From: Monocercomonoides exilis PA203
Taxonomy: Eukaryota; Protista; Preaxostyla
Direction of reading: 5' to 3'
Length of the DNA stretch: 64,000 nucleotides
NCBI GenBank assembly: GCA_001643675.2
Contig: LSRY02000036.1
Span: forward strand, 62,001 to 126,000
The stretch's first letter is position 1, and each line of letters starts with the position of its first letter. The position numbers were made by a program, and so were the translations under genes. This document shows positions 24,987 to 33,400 of the stretch, one piece after another. A model generated the notes under the pieces. That model did no database searches. It saw nothing but the letters and a program-made list of their open reading frames with translations, and was not told the DNA's origin.

Positions 24987-27080
24987 ATGGGAAACAAAGT
25001 GGGTTCTTTAAATCCAAAGAAAGATTTTTTAGAAAAGACAAGAGCAATGAAATGGATTATGGAGAACAAAACAGAGCCACCAGAAGAGATGAGACACGAT
25101 ATTACACTTCGCAACAATAACGGAAGGACAATGGCAATGAAGTGGATTGAACTCGTGAAGACAAATCCACCAGAATGGATGAGACATGACGTTGCGCTCA
25201 AAGATAATGACGGGTGCACAATGGCAATGCTTTGGATTGAATATGTGAAAACAGAGCCGCCAGAATGGATGAGGCATGATACTGCACTAATAAATAAGAA
25301 CGGATTTACAATGGCCATGATGTGGATTATAGCCGTCAAGACAGAACCTCCTGAGTGGATGAGGCATGACATAACACTAACCAATAAGAATGGCAGGACA
25401 ATGGCCATGTATTGGATTGTACACGTCAATACGGAACCACCCGAGTGGATGAGGCATGATAACAAGCTTGGCGATCGTGACGGAGTAACAGTGTCCATGT
25501 TTTGGATTATTTTTGTGAAGACAGAACCACCTGAATGGATGAGACACGACGTTTCACTTGCCAATAAGAAAGGATTAACAATGGCCATGTGGTGGATAAA
25601 ATTTATAAGAACTGAACCTCCGGAATGGATGAGGCATGATTCCACACTTGCCAATAAGAATGGATTAACAATGGCTATGATATGGATTCAAGAAGTCAAA
25701 ACAGAACCACCAGAATGGATGAGACACGATATCACACTTTGCAGCAATAACGGATCAACAATGGCCATGCTGTGGATTGAATACGTCAAGACAGAACCAC
25801 CCGAATGGATGAGACATGATATAACACTTAGCAATAAGAACGGATGGACAATAGCTATGATATGGATAGAGAGTATAAAGACAGAACCTCCGGAATGGAT
25901 GAGACATAATGTTAAACTTCGCAACAATAACGGAGCAACAATGGCTATGTTCTGGATTCAAGAAGTCAAAACAGAACCTCCAGAATGGATGAGGCATGAT
26001 AGTTCATTTGCAGATGATGGAGGTAATACAATGTCAATGTGGTGGATTCAATTTGTGAAGACAGATCCTCCAGAGTGGATGAGACATTGTATTGCACTTA
26101 CGCAAAAAGATGGTTGGACAATGGCCATGCTGTGGATTTGTCATGTGAAGACAGAACCACCAGAATGGATGAGGCATGACATAACACTTGGCAATAAAGA
26201 CGAAGTAACAATGGCCATGTTTTGGATTATTTTTGTGAAGACAGAACCACCTGAATGGATGAGGCATGATATAAAACTTGCTGATAAGGACGGATTTACA
26301 ATGGCGATGATATGGATTCAATTTATTAAAACAGATCCTCCAGAGTGGATGAGGCATGATTCCACACTTGCCAATGAGAATGGATACACTGTAGCAATGA
26401 AATGGATTAATAATGTCAAAACAGAACCGCTAGAATGGATGAGGCACGATATAACACTTTCTCAAAAGGATGGCTGGACAATGGCCATGCTTTGGATTCA
26501 GTTAGTTGAAAAGGAGCCACCAGAATGGATGAGGCATGATATTAAACTTCGCAACAATAACGGAGCAACAATGGCTATGATATGGATTTATAATGTGAAG
26601 ACAGATCCACCAAAATGGATGAGGCACGATATTGCACTTACAAATAATAACGGATGGACAATGGCAATGTTCTGGATCACAAACGTCAAGAAAGAACCGC
26701 CAGAGTGGATGAGACACGATGCAACATTAGGGAATATCAATAGAAATACGATGGCCATGTTGTGGATTGCACATGCGAAAACAGAACCTCCAGAATGGAT
26801 GAGACACGGTACAGAATTTGCAGACAACGATGAATGGACGATGGCAATGTATTTTATTATTTGCGTGAGAGCTGATCCTCCTGAGTGGATGAGACATGAT
26901 CCCACACTTGCTGATAGGAGCGGAAGGACAATGGCCATGCATTGGATAAGAAACATCAAGACAGAGCCACCAGAGTGGATGAGGCACAATGCGGCCATGA
27001 GAGACAAGGAAGGAAAAACCATGGGGGATCATTGGAGAATTCATGCCAACTCTGAGGTACCATCTTGGATGAACGGTTGA
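24987..27080 (+). CDS. Tandem-repeat protein: 22 x 30-aa repeats plus a partial capping repeat, ankyrin-like but non-canonical
   Basis: Intronless 697-aa ORF = 18 aa + 22 x 30 aa + 19 aa. Consensus MAMxWIxxVKTEPPEWMRHDxxLx(N/D)xxGxT; exact 90-bp period with no indels. Confidence 0.92.
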   Translation: MGNKVGSLNPKKDFLEKTRAMKWIMENKTEPPEEMRHDITLRNNNGRTMAMKWIELVKTNPPEWMRHDVALKDNDGCTMAMLWIEYVKTEPPEWMRHDTALINKNGFTMAMMWIIAVKTEPPEWMRHDITLTNKNGRTMAMYWIVHVNTEPPEWMRHDNKLGDRDGVTVSMFWIIFVKTEPPEWMRHDVSLANKKGLTMAMWWIKFIRTEPPEWMRHDSTLANKNGLTMAMIWIQEVKTEPPEWMRHDITLCSNNGSTMAMLWIEYVKTEPPEWMRHDITLSNKNGWTIAMIWIESIKTEPPEWMRHNVKLRNNNGATMAMFWIQEVKTEPPEWMRHDSSFADDGGNTMSMWWIQFVKTDPPEWMRHCIALTQKDGWTMAMLWICHVKTEPPEWMRHDITLGNKDEVTMAMFWIIFVKTEPPEWMRHDIKLADKDGFTMAMIWIQFIKTDPPEWMRHDSTLANENGYTVAMKWINNVKTEPLEWMRHDITLSQKDGWTMAMLWIQLVEKEPPEWMRHDIKLRNNNGATMAMIWIYNVKTDPPKWMRHDIALTNNNGWTMAMFWITNVKKEPPEWMRHDATLGNINRNTMAMLWIAHAKTEPPEWMRHGTEFADNDEWTMAMYFIICVRADPPEWMRHDPTLADRSGRTMAMHWIRNIKTEPPEWMRHNAAMRDKEGKTMGDHWRIHANSEVPSWMNG

Positions 27081-27916
27081 TTATTTCATTTCAAATGTTT
27101 GCTTTCTGAGACAGAAAGGAAAACATTTTTTCATCTGAATCAGATGGCATGGGAAAATCTGAGCTGCAGTTTTACCACAGTTCAACAATTCTCATGATAT
27201 TTGCTGATCTTTGTCCTTTTTGAAGGACTTTTCCATCCTTCAACAAGAAATTAAGGATTCACTTCAAAGAATTTCTACTTCCACACATTATGTACAAATT
27301 CACTTTTGTTTTATCTTTTCTCTCAACTATTTTATTAAATAAAGTCAAATTTTTAATTTTTATAAAGGAGAGTGATTTCTCTTTCTGTTTTGAAGAGTTT
27401 TGATAATATCTTTATTCATTTGGAAAACTTTTCAACACGTCTAATGTGCTGATTTTTTTATGTATTTCGTGAAAATTTTTGATGTTTTCACTTTAAGAAA
27501 ATATGTATTGTATTATTTAATCGTTTTGATTTAATTTCTTTCATGTCAAAAGAAGGAGAATATGCTGAAACGAAAGGAGAAGTAATTGTGAGAAAAAAGA
27601 GATTGGAGAGAGAAATTTGATTTTCGTTTTCTTTTCAAATTCAAATAATTTTTTACTCACCTGAATCTTTTCCTTTTTAATAATTTCTTCCTTTTATTCA
27701 AAAGAAAAAAAATTTAAAGTTTCACATCGTGAACTTCCACATTAGTCTTAATATAGTTCTAAATGAATTTATCTTCTTGTGAAAAAAGAAATGAAAAACA
27801 CAGATTATTTTTTCACAATCCCATTTTGAAAAAAAAGAAATATTTTTTATCGAAATTTTTAATTTCCTCGAAATTTTTTCCAATTTTGCATAAAACCCGA
27901 GGAAAAATACAGATTA

Positions 27917-28363
27917 ATGGAGCATCATTTCTATGAACTGAATAAAACGTTTAATCAAACAGTCGACCTTTGGTTGGCAATAAGTATCTGGTCGACTATA
28001 TTCACCTCAGCTGCATTTTTTATTGCGAGCCTATTCAGCTTCAGGTCATTTAAATTGCGGGGCTTTGTGTTTGTGATTGTAGCCATTTGCATTGGCGCCC
28101 TGTCAGGCTTTGTTTACGGCTTTTTGATCGGTATCAAATTCTTTCATTTCCCAAAGAATTAAAACAAATATAATTATTATTATTTTATGTGCTTCAACAT
28201 TTATAATGTCGCTTTTGTATTCATTTATTTTCTGCTTCTGGCAGGGCTTGTTCTGGCGTCTTCTTTTATGTATTTCAAAATTGGAGCAGATGGCTACATA
28301 CTGATGGCCTGGGGCATTGGGATTTCGTTTTTCCTGGTTTTGCGCTCTGCGATATTGTTGTGA
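27917..28363 (+). CDS. TMEM170: TMEM170-like small membrane protein, 2 exons
   Basis: Phase-1 intron 28131-28244 joins ...GFVYGFLIG to LVLASSFMYFKIG...WGIGISFFLVLRSAILL*. Three hydrophobic segments and a DLWLAISIWS start similar to TMEM170 EMWYGVFLWA. Confidence 0.6.
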
Positions 28364-29479
28364 GCATACAATTTCTGAGTTGAAAACAATTTTTCCAAAA
28401 AAGCTTGCGTGCTGTTTAATTCAATTATTGGAATTCCAATCTTTTCGCCATTGAACGTGCAATCCTCTTGTATGGTGAAATAACCGCGAATGGAATAAAG
28501 CGTTTGCCAAAATCAATCAGCGTCTTAGTGAAAGACACCATATTTCTTACTGGTTTGGGTTTTTTTTAAAAATTCAAACCGATTCTTATTAAAGGAATCT
28601 TCGGAATCATGCAAAGATGCAATAATTTGGCTTCTTAGCTAACAGCTGATTTTTCATGAATATGCAGTTTTAAATATGCCATGCTTCTACGAGTGCACAA
28701 GAAGCTTGGATTGTTCATTGAGAACAAAAACTCAAGTCTTTAACTCAGTGATTTTGGTTCTTGAAGGGAGCTAATCTCAGAAATATATGTTATTCGGAAT
28801 TGAGTGTTTTTTTTTAAAGTTTTATTTCCATATCTGTTTGGATCATTTATTCTTTTTAGTCAATCTAAGTGATATTTTAAATTTTTTTTCTTTCTCTTTT
28901 TGAATTGCAAGTTATTGCTTTTTAAGCGCTAAAGGGTTGATTGAGATGTTTTTCAGTGATTTAATATTTTTTATTGAAAAAGACTTGGATGAAATGAAAA
29001 ACAATACAAATAAAGATGAGAAATATTTCTCGACTGAAAATGCGTTTAATAAACTATCACATCGAAAGAATTAAAACACTCAATAAATTTACAAAGTGAA
29101 ATGTGAATGAAATGATTTTGATGGAGAAGAAATGAAAAGAGAAGAATCCGAGTGTGTCATTTGCGTGCAAGGGAAGCGAGCGCCATTTCCGAAGAATCTG
29201 GAAGCAGACGCTTCAGGTATTCTGGGGAAACTATTTTTTCAAGCGTTTCCTTTTGGCGCTGTTTCACAAACGTTGAAAACCCCGGCATTTGCTTTTCGAA
29301 GGCCTCGCGAAGTGTGGGAGCGCTGTAAAGAGGTGACAACAATGCATTTGAATCAGAAGCTGTTGGTAGTAAACGGTCTGTATGAATGGTCGTTGCTTGC
29401 TCCATAAACAATGATTCTTTGAAGCAATAAATTTATTATGCTATGTCTTGATCAGAAATAATTTCTTTAAACTGGCTTA

Positions 29480-30425
29480 CACCAAAAATAATTCAAATTC
29501 GAAAAAGAATAATTCAATTTCGTAATTAATATTTCAATTTCGAAAATTAATAATTCAATTTCGTAATTAATATTTCAATTTCGAAAATTAATAATTCGAA
29601 TTCGGAATTAATAATTCGAATTCGAAAAAAAATAATTCGATTTCGGAATTAATAATTCAATTTCGAAAAAAAATAATTCGAATTCGGAATTAATAATTCA
29701 ATCTCGAAAAAGAATAATTCAATTTCGAAAATGAATGTTTTTTTGATTTGTGGAATGAATAACTTGTGTTTGGGGTTTTAAATTCTTTCAATTTTTATCT
29801 CATCAGTATATTTTGTTTATCAATATTTGAAAAATGATGCATTTTCATAAAAAAATTTTCTTTCATTTTGAATGAAGATTTATTGATTGAAGTTAATTTG
29901 AAAACGAAATAAATGCATTTTCATGTTTAAAACCGATATTATCCAAAATTTTGCCAATGAAACAATCACATTATTGTGAAGAAATAATTCAATAATCGTG
30001 ATAAATTTTTTTTTAATTTTATTTGGTAATTCTATAGAATGAATTTTTATTAAATTATTATTATTTGAGTGATGATTTTCGAAAATGAAAAAAAAATTTA
30101 AAAAAATTGATTTATTGATTGTTGCAATAAAAAAAACAGTTTTCTATAAGTAATAAAATTTGATTGGTTAAAAAATAACTTGAACTTTTCTGAAATCCAT
30201 TCTCGAGAAAAATTAAAAATTTCCGTTTTTAATGAATTTCGAAATTGAATTATTAATTCCGAATTTGAATTATTTTTTTTCGAAATTGAATTATTAATTC
30301 CGAAATCGAATTATTTTTTTTCGAATTCGAATTATTAATTCCGAATTCGAATTATTAATTTTCGAAATTGAAATATTAATTACGAAATTGAATTATTCTT
30401 TTTCGAATTTGAATTATTTTTGGTG
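29480..30425. mobile_element. Non-autonomous foldback/MITE-like element with TA target duplication and modular TIRs
   Basis: TA|CACCAAAAATAATTCAAATTCG ... CGAATTTGAATTATTTTTGGTG|TA. The TIRs are built of alternating 21/20-bp units (AATAATTCRAWTTCGRAAWW), 12 on the left and 9 on the right, around a non-coding AT-rich core. Confidence 0.85.
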
Positions 30426-30471
30426 TATCTTTTGAAAATAAAAAAAAAAATACAATTGAAAAAAATAGGTT

Positions 30472-33400
30472 TCATTTATTCTTTTTAGGAGGATCGTTGC
30501 CCTTGGCAAGCGCAAAAATATCAAGCAATAACAAATATGAATCGACGATTGAAGGTTTATAGATAAATGCACTTGATAATGTTGAGCATCCGTTTTTGAA
30601 TAGCCCAGAACATTGCTCAATTGATTTCCTCAAAAAGGTATTTTCCATAGCATCTTCACGCGAAATGATGGGGATGCTGAGATAATCCGTTGCCAGAACA
30701 ATGTCTGTGACTGGACCAATTGCTGAATTGAAATCACATTTTGAAAGAAGTGCTGCTGCTTTGCGTAATATTTTCTGAAGCCTGGAATCCGACTCATTCA
30801 CTCTGTGTGCTTCCTCATCAATAATCTTGTCATTATCTTCTTCTTCTCCTTCATCGTGTTTTGCTTCTGTCACGTCCACCGCAATTCTCATCAGAGCATT
30901 CACTGCTGCTTCAAGCGTCACAGTTTGGTCCACTTTGCTAGCCTCGCTGTCTGCACACAACTCCTCAAATACGCTTCTAACTTCCTCCAAACTCTCCAGA
31001 TTTTCCAGCATTCGTTCTGCACTGTGTGTCTCTTTCACTGCTGCTTCAATTTCCACACCGTTCTCCTCATTGTCTCTGTGGCTTTCGCCCTTCTTTTCTG
31101 TCTTTTTCCCAATCATTTTATCGCATTCCTCTTCTCTGCTTCTTTCTCTCTCATTCGCTTCCTTCTTGTCTGTCTCTCCATTCTCCATCTCTCTCATCTC
31201 CTTCATCTTCCGCAGTGCCAACAGCGTTGCCAGCATCTCCCTCTTCTTTGCCCCCAGATTCTTCAGCATCTCCGTCCCGCCCATCGACTTCGGGAACCGC
31301 TGCGAGAAGTGAGTGAGGACAGAACACACAGGGCACATGGACTCTGCCACAAGGAGCGCCTGTGAGATTGTGGAGTGCTGCTGCTGAATGGCGTGTCCTT
31401 CATCGGAGTCCTGCTGGGTGCACTCGTGAATGAGGATGGTGGACAACTGCGCCTCAGATGAGAAGAAGTGGGTGGGGCTGGTGTCTCCTGTGAAGGAGAT
31501 GCGGAAGATGGAGTGGGTGGTGGAGGAAGGAGGAGAAGGAGGAGAAGAAGAACAAGAAGAAATAGAAGAAATAACTGATTCTGATGACAAGTCATTCACA
31601 ATATCACTTCCAACTGATTTCTCTTTTGATAGCAATTTCTTCTCATTCAAGCAGCATTCAACAGTCTGCCCTGCTCTTTCAGTGTTATTCGGCAGCACGA
31701 AATCCAAAATGGGTGCAATGCTTCCTCGACACGAGTGGTTTGTGTGTGCAAACACAGCTCTGACGATGCGATGGATTGGAAATAGAACATGTGAGAAGAA
31801 AGAGGAAATGACTGGAGAAGGCTCTGGGGTGAAAATGGGGGAGATTGGGGCAGGGAGGAAAGGAGGGGGAGGAAGAGAAGAAGAAAGAAGAGAGGGATAG
31901 AATGGTGTGAATGTCGATTGTTCAGAGGAAGAGGAAGAGGAAAGTTTTGAAGTGGATTTGAATGGGAAAGCGATGCAGGGATCTGTCAGATGGGGAAAGC
32001 TTTGACTATCAGAGGAAGAAGATGATGACGAGGAAGATGAGGAAGATGAAGAAGAAGAAGAAGAATATTTTGAATCCGACAGCAAAGAAGCCAAGGGAGA
32101 TTTCACAGTTGGATAAGATGCAATAAGCGAAGTGAAATAGTCAGAAGGTTTGGCATCGAATTTCATTGATGAATGAGAAGGACTGAAGCAGCAGAAATGC
32201 TGAAGAGGATTTCCCTGATTATCAAAAGCAGGAGAGGAAAAGACGTATTTGTGGTTTATTTGCTGTTTTCGTGTTTCAATTGGGTTTTCTTTTGGATTGA
32301 AATTTTGAGGAAATGGAGAAAGTTCATTGGAGCAGCTGCATTCTTCGCAGTCGCATGAATTTTCAGATGGATGTAAAGAGAACGAAGAAGAAGAAGAAGA
32401 AGAAGAAAATGAAGAAGAAGAAGAAGAAGAAGAAGAAAGAGGGGGTGGATATTGAGGAGCAATATTGAGCATCCAGATGAAGATGAAAGGGGCAGGCGCA
32501 TAGAAAGTCAGAAAGCGCAGCCACAAAAATGTCTTCCAGGGAGCAATGAGTGTGGGAGGGAGGAGCAGAAAGTGGAGAGGAGTGGGGAAGAATGGAAGGT
32601 CGTAGAGAGATAAAGGAGAAGAGGAGGAAAAAGAGGAGGAGGAAGAATTTGACAATGATGAATATCCAACCTCCAACGAATCTGAATTATTCTGCTCTTC
32701 ATCGCAACTACAGCAATCACATCCATCTTCCCTATCTCCCACAACCTCCTTCTCCTTCTCCTTCTCCTTCTCTTTCTCTTTCTCTTTCTCCTTCTCCTTC
32801 TCCTTCTCCTTCTCCTTCTTCTCCTTCTCCTTCTGATGCTCTTCCCACTTCTTCAGCTGCCAAAGGCGTTTCTGTCTGATTCTTTCTCTTTCAATCAAAA
32901 AAGACCAAAGCGAAAGGCAGTGGTCGGCGTGGGAGTGGCTGATGACGATGCTCTGGATGGAAAGAATAGCATCTTCTTGCTCCATCTCTTCCAGTTCATA
33001 GAGAAGGTTGCTTTGTGCTTTCATTTGATTATTCTTCTTATTCCTCTCGTTCCTCTCGTTCCTTTCTCCCTTCTCCTTCTCTTCGTCTCCTTCTCCTTCT
33101 TCTCCTTCTCCTTCATCTCCTTTATCTCCTTCATCTCCTTCATTCCTCCTCTTCTCCTCCTTCTCCTCCTCCATTTTCTCCTCCTCTCTTTTCTCCACCT
33201 TCCTCCTCATTCTTAGCTCTCTGTGATAGAAATACCTTCTTATCTGCCCCAATGTGCCTTCTCCGCAGTCAAACAGAAGCGAAGAAGGAACAAATGGCAT
33301 CGAATCTTCAGAGGAAAAAGGCAAAGAAAGCGAAGAAAATTTTAATTCTTTCAATTTTTTGTTAATTTCATTGAAATTCGACAGAAAAGAAGACACATTT

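Noticed and set aside
25040-27020. CRISPR-like array of constant blocks with variable spacers
   Set aside because: The 90-bp period is a multiple of 3, the frame is open, constant blocks vary at synonymous sites, the 'spacers' are homologous, and there are no cas genes; it is a coding repeat.
24935-27044. Antisense ORFs over the repeat gene, and the many poly-F/L/K/R ORFs elsewhere
   Set aside because: These are shadow frames of repetitive or low-complexity coding DNA.
29132-29411. Short overlapping ORFs on both strands
   Set aside because: No recognisable motif, and the coding strand cannot be determined.
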